Assembly: GCA_004347685.1 (NCBI GenBank)
Contig: SLTJ01000024.1
Coordinates: 40,622-104,621 of the forward strand
Reading direction: 5' to 3'
Length of the DNA stretch: 64,000 nt
Origin: Clostridia bacterium
GTDB lineage: Bacteria; Bacillota; DSM-521; Neomoorellales; SLTJ01
Of this stretch, positions 8,359 through 17,099 are shown piece by piece. Positions within the stretch are counted from its first letter, which is position 1. Each line of letters begins with the position of its first letter. A model generated the notes under the pieces. That model was not told the origin of the DNA and searched no databases. It saw nothing but the letters and a program-made list of their open reading frames with translations. Made by a program: the position numbers and the translations under genes.

Positions 8359-10224
8359 TCACTCCAATACAATCCGGACTTTTCCGGGTTCTTTGCCCTT
8401 GGTGAGTTGCTCCAGGTATTCCTCAAACCTCTTCTTCATCTCCGCCGGGGTGACCGGTGAGCCGCCAGAGAGCAGCGCCGCGCGCAGGTCGGCAGTCTTG
8501 ACCGATACCTTAAGCAGCCCGGAGAGCACTTCTTTTAGGGCGTGGATGAAATCCTGGTCAAGGTCGTCCGGCAGCGAGCGTTTTTTGATGAAGCCGTCTA
8601 CCAGCTTCCGCGGCTCGGGCTTGAGCAGATCCAAGTTGGCCCGCGTAGTCGGGTCCTCCAGGTTGGTAAGAAGCGTCTGGGTCCAGTTCTCCACCAGCTT
8701 GTCGAGCTCCTCGTCCAGACCGTCCAGCACCGAGCTTGCCGGCGCCGCCGGTGGTTCCGCGGCAGGCTTGTAGTTGCAATGCGGACAAACGGGCGAGGCG
8801 TCAAGGTCCGGCTCGGTGAGCGCGAAGCAGCTCTTTAGACCCGCCAGGCGGTTCTGGTAATCGGTCAGGTGTTGGCGGGGCATGAGGTCAATAGTGGAGA
8901 GTTTTTGCAGGACTTTCAATCGTTCATCCCCCATGAGCCTGGCTTTAGGCTTATCCTCGTTAACGCCCAATCTCGCCTTGGTGTGTAATCCCAGGTACAC
9001 CTGCAGGTAGGCTTTTTTCAGGTCAGAGAGCTTGCGCTGAGTCTCCTGGCGGAAGGCTGCCGCGCCGCGCTTAGCTGGGTCGCCGATCTGTCCGAGGACA
9101 TCTTCGCGCACCGCCTTCATCTTGTCCATCCACTCGTGCCCGCCGGGCAGAACCGCCTCGGCCGTGGAAAGATACGCTGCCATGACCCCGAGGCCGGTCA
9201 CCAGTTTCTGAAGAGAATCAATCTCTTCCAAGGCCTGAAGCCCGTCGCGATGGCCGCTCACCTCTTGGGCTTCGTAACGGAAGTTCTTGAGCTTACCGGG
9301 AGATGTATAGGCCTGGATTGATTCCAGAAAGGTCTTGGTCTCATTAAGCTGGGAGCGCAGCTTCTGAACTTCACTCTCGGCCAGTAAACTCCGGCCCCAG
9401 AAAGACAGGCCTTTTTGCACGCTCTGATGAACAAGTACTAACCTTTCCACCGTGCTGGTTATTGCTTTCTGCAGCTCGTGAACGGGTTCTTCTTTCCCCT
9501 GGGTGACCAGCTGCGCCATGCCTGGTGTGAGCCTGAGCAGCTCAAACAGGGCCTTCAACGCCGGCAGGTTCCAGTCTTTAGGCCGCTCGATGTGCTTGAA
9601 CTGGGTCAGTTCCTCGACGCCGGTCCCGGCCAGTTGGGGAAGCCCTGTGGCGTCGAACTTCTTGCCTGGAATGGCCAGTACCAGCTCGCCGGAGTAAACC
9701 AGTGCCGCCAGGACCACCACGGCCCATTCAGGCTCCAAACGCAGGGTCTGCGGGGCCAGGTATTCCACCCCGAGGATGTCTTGGATCAGCTCAGAGCGGT
9801 TGACCACTTGGCCGGGGCCCTTCTTTTTCGCGATGTCGAGGATGTGCTGGGCGTATTTCGAACGATATGGATCAAGCCTGTCGCCGTCGAGAAGCTCAAG
9901 GGCATCCAGCACCGCGGTTGCTTGCTTGGTCGGCTTTTGCCCCGCGATGGCCCGCAGCGCGTCCTGGGCGGCCTGGGCCCGGTTGGCTCCGGTGATGAGC
10001 ACCGAGAAGCAGGGGTATTCAGGAGCCTGGTCCTGGAAGTACGCCCCGAAACAGATACCGGCGATGGTGTTTATGAGGTCGCGAAAGTTGATCCGCTCGT
10101 TAGGGGCAATGCCGGAAAGCTCGCGGATTGATTTACCCTTGGCCCAATCAACGAGGGGCTTGGTACGCCCCTGGTAGGTTACCTCGAAGGCCGTAATCAT
10201 GTTTTCCCGCAGCCACTGCACCAA
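8359..10224 (-). CDS. brxC: BrxC/PglY-like giant ATPase, C-terminal half (downstream of an in-frame TAG)
   Basis: Same frame as 10366..12087. Codons 10365..10225 are open and read [47 protein letters not shown], running straight into the track ORF. Contains CPHCNYKP and ends in GKVRIVLE. Confidence 0.6.
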   Translation of the reverse strand: MVQWLRENMITAFEVTYQGRTKPLVDWAKGKSIRELSGIAPNERINFRDLINTIAGICFGAYFQDQAPEYPCFSVLITGANRAQAAQDALRAIAGQKPTKQATAVLDALELLDGDRLDPYRSKYAQHILDIAKKKGPGQVVNRSELIQDILGVEYLAPQTLRLEPEWAVVVLAALVYSGELVLAIPGKKFDATGLPQLAGTGVEELTQFKHIERPKDWNLPALKALFELLRLTPGMAQLVTQGKEEPVHELQKAITSTVERLVLVHQSVQKGLSFWGRSLLAESEVQKLRSQLNETKTFLESIQAYTSPGKLKNFRYEAQEVSGHRDGLQALEEIDSLQKLVTGLGVMAAYLSTAEAVLPGGHEWMDKMKAVREDVLGQIGDPAKRGAAAFRQETQRKLSDLKKAYLQVYLGLHTKARLGVNEDKPKARLMGDERLKVLQKLSTIDLMPRQHLTDYQNRLAGLKSCFALTEPDLDASPVCPHCNYKPAAEPPAAPASSVLDGLDEELDKLVENWTQTLLTNLEDPTTRANLDLLKPEPRKLVDGFIKKRSLPDDLDQDFIHALKEVLSGLLKVSVKTADLRAALLSGGSPVTPAEMKKRFEEYLEQLTKGKEPGKVRIVLE

Positions 10225-10365
10225 TTCCCGCAGGAAGCCCGACGCCTTGGATTCATAAACGGACTTGGCCTGCCCCGAGGCGGTGGAAGCCAGATCAAGG
10301 GCCGCGGCATACCCCCGCAGTACTGTGTGAAAGGCTTCATCCTTGTTTATAAGACGCAGGAATAC

Positions 10366-12087
10366 CTAGTCGGGCTTCTTTTCATCCGTGAAGCGCGGCG
10401 CATCGAAGGGCTGGATGAAGTAGAGGTAGAAGTCGCGTGGCGGAACGGCTGTGGAGCGCTCGTTGGGCGCGCCGAAAAAGAGGTACCCCTGGCGCGCGGC
10501 TTTCCGCTCCAGCCATTCCAGCTCGTGTTGCCAGATTTTATAGCCGGTGACGTAGGTCTGGTCTGTGCACTCCATCACCCGTTTCAAGGCCTCGTAGTAG
10601 TAGCGGTCCAACTGGGAGGCATCCAAACTCTCGGCGCGCTTTTCGATCAGGGCGTCGAAGTCATCAGTCTTCTTCAGGTCGAGGTAATACTGGCGGTTGT
10701 CCGGGTTCGATGAGATAAACTGGCCACTCACCGTCTTGTGTATTTCCCGCAGGACAGTTTCCACCTGGGAAAGCAAATCGTCGGCCGGATCGCCGCCCAG
10801 GTCCTCGATGCCGGGCTGGTAGAGGCAGAGGCTGTCGCGCAGTTCCTCCGCCGTTGCGCCCAGAGGGGCGTGGATATCGCCTGTAGTCAACCGGTGAACG
10901 GATAAGGCATGGACCAGCCGCAGCGCCATGGGCTTGTAGGCGGGCCGGGTGAAGGCCTGCTGGATGCGGGCCTCCAGCACCTGGCTGCAGTCGATTACCG
11001 CCTTGATGTCCGGCACTGCGCGGAAGGAGGAGTTTTCACAGAGGTTCAGCCAGTAGCTGTCGTAGGCGATCAGCCCCGGGCGGTCGTCCGGGATATCTTG
11101 ATTAAGCAACCTCTTCATGGATAGGGAAAGGGTCTTGAGCACCTCGCGTTTCTCCGCCGCGGTGACCCGCTCAAAGGTGTCAATGTAGTCGGGATGCACC
11201 GGGAAGAGGCGGACAAACTCGTCCATGCGCTCATTCATGCGCCCGTAGAACTTTGAAAAGGGAGTCAGGTATGCGCGGATTTTCGCCTGCTGTTCGCCGG
11301 TTTTTTTGAGAAGCCGCTCGGATACCACGAACTTGACGTCCTTGCGCGCAATCAGGATTTGCTCGAAACGGTCCTTGACCCGGCGGATACTGTCCGCCAC
11401 GAAGGAAAAGCGGGGGCTGTCAAAAATGGCCTCCTGCACACCGGCGATAAAGCGGAAGCGCAGGTCCTTGCAGACTTCGCCGATCTCCCGGAGGAAGTTC
11501 AGGTCGAGGATAAGTTCCTGATCTTTGCGTGTGCGGAGGTAATCGAGCAATTCATCCACCACCAGGAGCAGGCCATGGTCAGGGTATTCCTGGTGGAAGG
11601 CGGACATCATCTCCTCGAAGGCCCTCTTGTTGTTGGATACTTGCGCCGCTGATGGGAATGTGTAGGTCACTCCTAAGGCCGCCAGGTGCCCCTCCAGTTC
11701 AGCCACTAGGATGTCACGCAAGGACATAGTGGTCGCCCCGATTTCGGTTCGCACCACCTTGAAACGGCCTCCGATTTTGCCCGCGGCGCTGGCAACGTGG
11801 CTATCGTTAAGATGGGAAGAAAGTTCCCCGTTCTCCGCTACGGCGGATATCACCGACATTAGATGAGACTTACCAGTACCGTAGTTGCCGACGACCAGCA
11901 GCCCCTTGTTATCGGTCGGCTGGTCAAACTGAAGCTGGGGAATGACGAGGTTTATCAGCCTCTCAGCCATCTCCTGGGAGATGACATAGGTCTGGACAAA
12001 CTGCCGGGCGGCGGCGGCTTCGTCGGCTTCCCGCAATTGCACTACGGACTCGATAGGTTCGAACTGGATTAGGTCTCCATATTTCAT
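10366..12087 (-). CDS. brxC: BrxC/PglY-like (DUF6079-type) giant ATPase, N-terminal P-loop half, ends at the in-frame TAG 10366..10368
   Basis: [23 protein letters not shown].., Walker [10 protein letters not shown], Walker [12 protein letters not shown]. The start ATG at 12087 is preceded by GGGGGGAACGCG. The first 27 track codons derive from a repeat arm. Confidence 0.65.
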   Translation of the reverse strand: MKYGDLIQFEPIESVVQLREADEAAAARQFVQTYVISQEMAERLINLVIPQLQFDQPTDNKGLLVVGNYGTGKSHLMSVISAVAENGELSSHLNDSHVASAAGKIGGRFKVVRTEIGATTMSLRDILVAELEGHLAALGVTYTFPSAAQVSNNKRAFEEMMSAFHQEYPDHGLLLVVDELLDYLRTRKDQELILDLNFLREIGEVCKDLRFRFIAGVQEAIFDSPRFSFVADSIRRVKDRFEQILIARKDVKFVVSERLLKKTGEQQAKIRAYLTPFSKFYGRMNERMDEFVRLFPVHPDYIDTFERVTAAEKREVLKTLSLSMKRLLNQDIPDDRPGLIAYDSYWLNLCENSSFRAVPDIKAVIDCSQVLEARIQQAFTRPAYKPMALRLVHALSVHRLTTGDIHAPLGATAEELRDSLCLYQPGIEDLGGDPADDLLSQVETVLREIHKTVSGQFISSNPDNRQYYLDLKKTDDFDALIEKRAESLDASQLDRYYYEALKRVMECTDQTYVTGYKIWQHELEWLERKAARQGYLFFGAPNERSTAVPPRDFYLYFIQPFDAPRFTDEKKPD

Positions 12088-12115
12088 CGCGTTCCCCCCA
12101 TGCGGTTTTGCCTGT

Positions 12116-12191
12116 AAGTGATGAGTGATGAGGACTGAGTGATGAGTGTATGTGTCTTTCCTAATCACCCATCACTTTCCACTCATCACTT
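12116..12191. repeat. Low-complexity inverted repeat (perfect 12-bp arms) spanning the brxF stop and the brxF-brxC spacer
   Basis: aagtgatgagtg (12116..12127) is the exact reverse complement of cactcatcactt (12180..12191). The arms are built from gagtgat/gaggact units. The right arm encodes the last codons of brxF. Confidence 0.75.
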
Positions 12192-12660
12192 CTGATTTCT
12201 CCGGACTAACGATCAGCAAATCACTGATCACGTATCGCCGGTATTCAGGGTGTTCCGGCATGGCATAGGTCAAATGGCCACTGTTGGCAGATCCGTTCCA
12301 GGCCACGACCAGCGTCTTGTTTCGTGAAAGTCCTTGGAGGAGCCGCAGAGGGTCCTGTTTGAGGGACACATCAAACAGCAATTCAATGTTATCGAGCAGA
12401 ACCAGGTCACCGCCAGCAGCGTTCACGATCTCTGAGAGCAGGCGGGGAAGCTGCAGTGCCCGCTGGCGCCCGGTGAGTTCAAGCAGGCGGCGAGACAACT
12501 CCAGATTGACGTTGATAAGAGGCGCGCCCGTACGTTCGTGAATATCTTGAAGCGCGGTTGTTTTCCCCGCTCCGGCTGGGGCCACTATGATGATGAGGCG
12601 GTGGTACAGCTCGGCAGCCAGGCCAATTCTATGTATTACCTGATCCGCAAGAATCTCCAT
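12172..12660 (-). CDS. brxF: BREX type 3 small P-loop protein BrxF-like
   Basis: 162 aa. Walker A APAGAGKTT, then NVNLELSRRLLEL and LLDNIELLFD..DPLRLLQGLSRN, matching the BrxF pattern as I recall it. First gene of the island operon. Confidence 0.6.
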   Translation of the reverse strand: MEILADQVIHRIGLAAELYHRLIIIVAPAGAGKTTALQDIHERTGAPLINVNLELSRRLLELTGRQRALQLPRLLSEIVNAAGGDLVLLDNIELLFDVSLKQDPLRLLQGLSRNKTLVVAWNGSANSGHLTYAMPEHPEYRRYVISDLLIVSPEKSEVMSGK

Positions 12661-13522
12661 TTTACTTCATCCCAAGAATCTTGTCACAACAGTTAGTGAC
12701 GGTATATACTCCTTCGGTAAGATTTCCCGTAATCCTGCTACTCAAGGTCCAAACTCTTTGCACTCCGGCCAATGGTGGCACATCTACTTACATGGCAACG
12801 GGAAAACGTTCCGCTTCATTAAACCTATACCCTCAACCCAAATAGCCGCCTTAGAAACGAGAACCAGTAGGGAGATTCCCACTGCCCTATCGAAGAAATG
12901 ACAGGGGTCCCGTTTAGAACCGGCAGAATTTGTATGGCAATGCCAATTTGCAACCCCCAATTTTTCTGCGACTGTTCTGTTCAATGGCCTCGGTTGTGCG
13001 CAGCCGCCGCCTAATCGAACCCGGCTCAGGACATTATCGCCATCGCGTCATGCACGTCCCCTGGCTGAAATCATGGGTATTCCCGGCGGTGATTCATAAA
13101 TAGTCTCTAGCTGATCGGTCGTACAGCCCTTGCCAGATAAGACCTGTTCTTGATCACCTGCGCCAAAAATTCTTCCCCGCCGCGCAGGGCGAGGCTTAGA
13201 AGGATTTAGCGCATCCCCTTACCCTCCCAGTTGCCAGGTGATATCTTCGCCATAATATTCCTCATTTCCTTCCGGCGGCATGGTCGCGAAGAGATTTTCC
13301 CATTAGGCCTCATCACAGACAAGACAGGTCACTTTGCCTGCATCCTCGTCCCACAAATACTGGTCCCGCGGGCGGATGGTACCCCCGCACTGGCCGGCTT
13401 TGCCATAGGACTAGCCTTCTCATCTACTTCCCGCACGTCGGTTACCTTGGATTTTGGCTTTTTGGACATAAAATGGCCCTCCTTGTAGTAGCCAGCGACA
13501 ACCTTGGACGCCATGCCTGAAA

Positions 13523-13798
13523 ATGGCGATAGTAAGCAAGCTGGCGGCAATTATGGGTGAACGTGGGATAAGGCATATCAGTGGGCTTTCTGAGCAAACA
13601 GGCATAGCGAGGAGCACTCTTACAAAGTTGTGGTACAACAGGGTTAAGGGAGTTACCTTTGATATGCTGGAGAAGTTATGTGAAGTCCTGGAGTGCCAAC
13701 CCGGCGATTTGCTGGTCTACGAGCCCGACAACGCCCAGGACGGCCAGCAGGGCACTGACTGGGCTAGGAGCAGAAAGGTGAGGAACCAAGAACGGTAA
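13523..13798 (+). CDS. XRE/Cro-C1 family helix-turn-helix transcriptional regulator
   Basis: 91 aa. LSEQTGIARSTLTKLWYNRVKGVTFDMLEKLCEVLECQPGDLLVY is a typical short XRE HTH. Confidence 0.7.
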   Translation: MAIVSKLAAIMGERGIRHISGLSEQTGIARSTLTKLWYNRVKGVTFDMLEKLCEVLECQPGDLLVYEPDNAQDGQQGTDWARSRKVRNQER

Positions 13799-13803
13799 GG
13801 GAG

Positions 13804-13998
13804 GTGGGTACAGTGTATGCCTACTTTGACGTGGAGCGGGCGGCTAGCGAGGCTGGATTAGCCCCCGAAGTCCTCAAGCAATTGAAAGAGGAGACCAGGC
13901 GGGAGTTTCCGACGGACCAGATGATGTACGAACTGCACTTGCTACGGGCGGTGAAGGCCGCAAAAGAGAAAGCAGGAGGACGGCCTGCCGTTACCTGA
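13804..13998 (+). CDS. Small hypothetical protein downstream of the XRE gene
   Basis: 64-aa ORF starting 5 nt after the XRE stop, with AAGGGAGG upstream. The GTG at 13813 is an alternative start. No motif recognised. Confidence 0.35.
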   Translation: MGTVYAYFDVERAASEAGLAPEVLKQLKEETRREFPTDQMMYELHLLRAVKAAKEKAGGRPAVT

Positions 13999-14069
13999 GC
14001 CGGGAGCGGTGGCGCAGTATGTCACGGTGGGGCGCAGTAGCCCCCGAACCCTGAAACCCTTGTCAAATC

Positions 14070-14145
14070 TGGTGAGCCATCCGGGACTCGAACCCGGGAC
14101 ACCCGGATTAAAAGTCCGGTGCTCTACCGGCTGAGCTAATGGCTC
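14070..14145 (-). tRNA. tRNA-Lys (anticodon UUU), CCA encoded
   Basis: Hand-folded reverse complement: gagccat/atggctc acceptor stem, anticodon loop CTTTTAA, T-arm ccggg-ttcgagt-cccgg, 3' ACCA. Confidence 0.9.
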
Positions 14146-14162
14146 ACTTGTTCCTTATCGGC

Positions 14163-14236
14163 TGGCTGGGGCGGCTGGATTCGAACCAACGATGGCGGAT
14201 CCAAAGTCCGCTGCCTTACCACTTGGCTACGCCCCA
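14163..14236 (-). tRNA. tRNA-Gln (anticodon UUG), CCA encoded
   Basis: Reverse complement tggggcg...cgcccca-g-cca. Anticodon stem gcgga/tccgc with loop CTTTGGA, and a T-loop ttcgaat. Confidence 0.85.
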
Positions 14237-14240
14237 GCGC

Positions 14241-14318
14241 TGGGGTGGGTGAAGGGAGTTGAACCCGCGACCTCCAGGGCCACAACCTGGCGCTCTAACC
14301 AACTGAGCTACACCCACC
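14241..14318 (-). tRNA. tRNA-His (anticodon GUG) with G-1, CCA encoded
   Basis: Reverse complement ggtgggtgtagctcagttggttagagc.. Anticodon stem ccagg/cctgg with loop TTGTGGC, extra 5' G, 3' ..cacccacccca. Confidence 0.85.
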
Positions 14319-14333
14319 ACCGATTACCTTGCT

Positions 14334-14363
14334 ATTATAGCAAACGTATTTGCTTCGTGTCAA
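14334..14363 (-). promoter_or_regulatory. Consensus sigma-A promoter for the tRNA His-Gln-Lys operon
   Basis: The minus strand reads TTGACA (14363..14358), an 18-nt spacer, then TATAAT (14339..14334). This ends about 15 nt upstream of the tRNA-His 5' end. Confidence 0.75.
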
Positions 14364-14553
14364 GGCTCGAAGCGGCCAGACGCCCCGGCTGGTTGCCCTC
14401 CATGCCGGCCGAGCTGGCCCATAGCGGATAAGTAGCGGCAGGCCGTGGTCGCCAGCCGCAGCGCCCCGGGGACCGAAGGAGGGGACAGTTAAGCTCATAC
14501 AACGCCTCTCTCCAGGCCAGAGTCAATGCGCCGAAGGGGGCATGGAGTGTTCC

Positions 14554-15180
14554 CTACGCCGCCCCTGTTTTCCGGCTGGTGGCCCGCACTCCGACGCGAA
14601 AAGCAGCCAGGTTAAGCTGATGCACGCGGCCGCTGAACAAGGACTTAATGACCCGTTCATAGGTCTCAATGGCAAAAGGCATCCAGCCGGTGCCGGCCAG
14701 GGCTCCAGTCATGACTGTATTCTGGGTGACCCAACTCCCCCCCTGCCTGGCCAGTTGGTCTGCGGGCACTTCAACCACCTCGCGGCAGTGTTCCCGGATA
14801 GCCTGCCGCAGTTCATCCAGCGGTGGGTATTCGGCTTCGCCGCACAGTACGGCCAGAGGGTAATTGGGGCGGCTGTTCATCAATACCCGGGTATGGTAGC
14901 CGCCGAAGGTCCGGAGCACCCGGACTGTCTCCAGGGGCTCGAGGCCGACGGCAATATCAGCCTGCCCTGCCGGGATCAACGGGCCGCAAGGTTTGTCCCG
15001 CGACAGGCGTAGGTGGCTCATCACGGCTCCGCCGCGCTGGGAAACGCCAAAGGTATCGGCAGCCGATACCTGCCAGCCCTCCTCAACGGCCGTCATGCCG
15101 ATCATCTGGCAGGCGAGGACGTTGCCCTGGCCACCTACCCCGGCAATGACGATATTGAAGTTGTCTCCGGGGGTCCCCAC
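14554..15180 (-). CDS. iorB: Indolepyruvate:ferredoxin oxidoreductase subunit beta
   Basis: NIVIAGVGGQGNVLA..DTFGVSQRGGAVMSHLRLS. Start placed at the GTG at 15180 after AAGGTGGG, just downstream of the iorA stop. Confidence 0.8.
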   Translation of the reverse strand: MGTPGDNFNIVIAGVGGQGNVLACQMIGMTAVEEGWQVSAADTFGVSQRGGAVMSHLRLSRDKPCGPLIPAGQADIAVGLEPLETVRVLRTFGGYHTRVLMNSRPNYPLAVLCGEAEYPPLDELRQAIREHCREVVEVPADQLARQGGSWVTQNTVMTGALAGTGWMPFAIETYERVIKSLFSGRVHQLNLAAFRVGVRATSRKTGAA

Positions 15181-15182
15181 GG

Positions 15183-17099
15183 CTATCCCACCTTTTCTTG
15201 GTATTGTTCCACCACGATGGCGCCGACCGGACAAAGACTGGCACAAACGCCACAGCGGTTGCAGATAGCTTCATCTATGCGGGCCTTGCCTTGAGCTTTA
15301 TCCCAGATATTGGCGGGACATGCGAAAACCCGGCTGCAGAAGCGGGCGCAGCCGCAGGCGTCGCCACGGCAACGGCTCTGGTCCACATATACCCGCACCG
15401 CTGCCGAAGTCTTAGCGGCTATCAGGGCGCAGGCCCGTCGCATGATGATTACCTTCACTCCTGGGCCCTGCACTGCCTGGTAAACGGCCTGGATGGCCTC
15501 ATCTACCTGGTAGGGGTCCACAGTGGTAACAGGGATATCCAGGCCGCTGACTACGGCTTCCAGGGGAATGGCTGTCAGCGGGTTGCCGTTGGGATCTATC
15601 CCGGTGCCGGGGTGGGGCTGGTGGCCGGTCATGGCCGTGGTCTGGTTATCGAGGATAATGCAGACGAAGTTGGCCTGGTTGTAGCGGGCGTTAATCAAGG
15701 CTGGGACAACGGCGTGGTAAAAAGTTGAATCCCCTACCACGGCCACCGCCGGCTGAGAAAAGCCAAAGCGCCAGAGCTGCCCCAGGCCGCTGGCTATACC
15801 TACCCCGGAGCCCATGGCGTGCATGGTTTGCAGGAGGTAATAGCCGGTGCGGCCCTTGCCCAGGGTATAGCAACCGATATCTCCCAGTACGATGCCCTGG
15901 CGCCCGTCGAGTTCCAGCGCCGCGCGGATAGCCCAGAAGGAGGCGCGGTGCGGGCACCCGGGACAGAAGGCCAGGTCCCGGCCCGCCAGTTCCGGCCACC
16001 CGGGTGGCGCGGGCCGTTCATGGGCGGGGTCCGGACCGCAGACGTTGGCTAGGGCCGCCATTATCTGAGACGGAGTCAGTTCTCCTAGCCCCACCCCGTT
16101 GATCCCGGCCACGTGGCCGGATTTCTTGCCGTAAAACGAGGTTCTCCCGATCTCATCCAGATGCTGAGCGGCCAGGGCCATTACGTTATCCTCAATGAAA
16201 GGCTCCACCTCTTCGACAAAGATCACCTTGAGGGCCGGCCGCAAATAACGCCGGAGCAGCTTCTCCGGCAGCGGCCAGGTCGTCCCCAACTTGAGGACGC
16301 CGACGCTCGTCTGCAGTCCCAACTGGGCCACCGCTTCCTCTGCGTAATAAGAGCCGGGTCCTGCAGCTATGACCAGCGTTTCCGGGCTCTCCGGGCCCGC
16401 ATAGGTGTTGAAGGGGGATTTCTCGGCCCGGTGGGCCGCCCGGCGTAGCTTATCCTCTTGCTCCCGGTGACCTTCGATCCAGGTGATAAACTTGTCCTCC
16501 GGGCCAAGGCAGGCGTTAACCTCTCGCCGGGGAAACTCGCCCAGTACCGCATTGGTGCTGGCATGGCAGACTCTGGTGACCATGCGGATCATAACCGGCT
16601 GGCGGATGTCCTCGGAAAGGTCAAAGGCAGCCTTGACCATTTCCTTGGCCTCCCGGCTATCAGCCGGTTCCCAGACCGGGATATGCGCCACCCGGCCCAG
16701 GTAGCGGGAATCTTCTTCTTTGGCGCTGGAGTGGGCACTGGGGTCATCACCTACAATTATCACCATGCCCCCCCGGGTGCCGGCCATGGACAGACTGGTA
16801 AGAAAGTCCAAGGCCACGTTCAGGCCGTCGCACTTCATGACCGTAAGGGAGCGCAAACCGGCAAAGGAAGCCGCCGCCGCCCCTTCCATGGCCACCTTTT
16901 CGTTGACGGACCACTCCACATATACCCCCAGCATCTCGGCGCCGGCAGCGATACATTCCAGTACCTCGGCCGTGGGCGACCCGGGATACGCCGCCGCGTA
17001 GTTTACCCCTGCTTCCAGGGCTCCCCTGGCCACCGCTTCATTTCCGGTCAACAGGGCTACCTGCCCCGGGGCATCAAGAACTACGCGCATAGTATTCAT
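15183..17099 (-). CDS. iorA: Indolepyruvate:ferredoxin oxidoreductase subunit alpha (TPP- and 4Fe-4S-binding)
   Basis: N-terminus LLTGNEAVARGALEAGV, a TPP region GDSTFYH, and C-terminal ferredoxin CxxCxxCxxxCP motifs. Start at ATG 17099 after GGAGGAGG. The first 49 track codons overlap the upstream gene. Confidence 0.85.
   Translation of the reverse strand: MNTMRVVLDAPGQVALLTGNEAVARGALEAGVNYAAAYPGSPTAEVLECIAAGAEMLGVYVEWSVNEKVAMEGAAAASFAGLRSLTVMKCDGLNVALDFLTSLSMAGTRGGMVIIVGDDPSAHSSAKEEDSRYLGRVAHIPVWEPADSREAKEMVKAAFDLSEDIRQPVMIRMVTRVCHASTNAVLGEFPRREVNACLGPEDKFITWIEGHREQEDKLRRAAHRAEKSPFNTYAGPESPETLVIAAGPGSYYAEEAVAQLGLQTSVGVLKLGTTWPLPEKLLRRYLRPALKVIFVEEVEPFIEDNVMALAAQHLDEIGRTSFYGKKSGHVAGINGVGLGELTPSQIMAALANVCGPDPAHERPAPPGWPELAGRDLAFCPGCPHRASFWAIRAALELDGRQGIVLGDIGCYTLGKGRTGYYLLQTMHAMGSGVGIASGLGQLWRFGFSQPAVAVVGDSTFYHAVVPALINARYNQANFVCIILDNQTTAMTGHQPHPGTGIDPNGNPLTAIPLEAVVSGLDIPVTTVDPYQVDEAIQAVYQAVQGPGVKVIIMRRACALIAAKTSAAVRVYVDQSRCRGDACGCARFCSRVFACPANIWDKAQGKARIDEAICNRCGVCASLCPVGAIVVEQYQEKVG

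Noticed and set aside
10366-10368. The amber codon in the brxC-like gene decoded as pyrrolysine
   Set aside because: Nothing in the window supports Pyl use: there are no pyl genes and no methylamine methyltransferases. A defence ATPase is not a known Pyl protein. This is kept only as a check to run inside the finding, not as a claim.
12784-12984. The 66-aa ORF in the island-boundary spacer as a real gene
   Set aside because: It has no RBS and no motif, and it lies within a stretch that reads as a broken frame. I treated it as part of a possible gene remnant rather than as a CDS.
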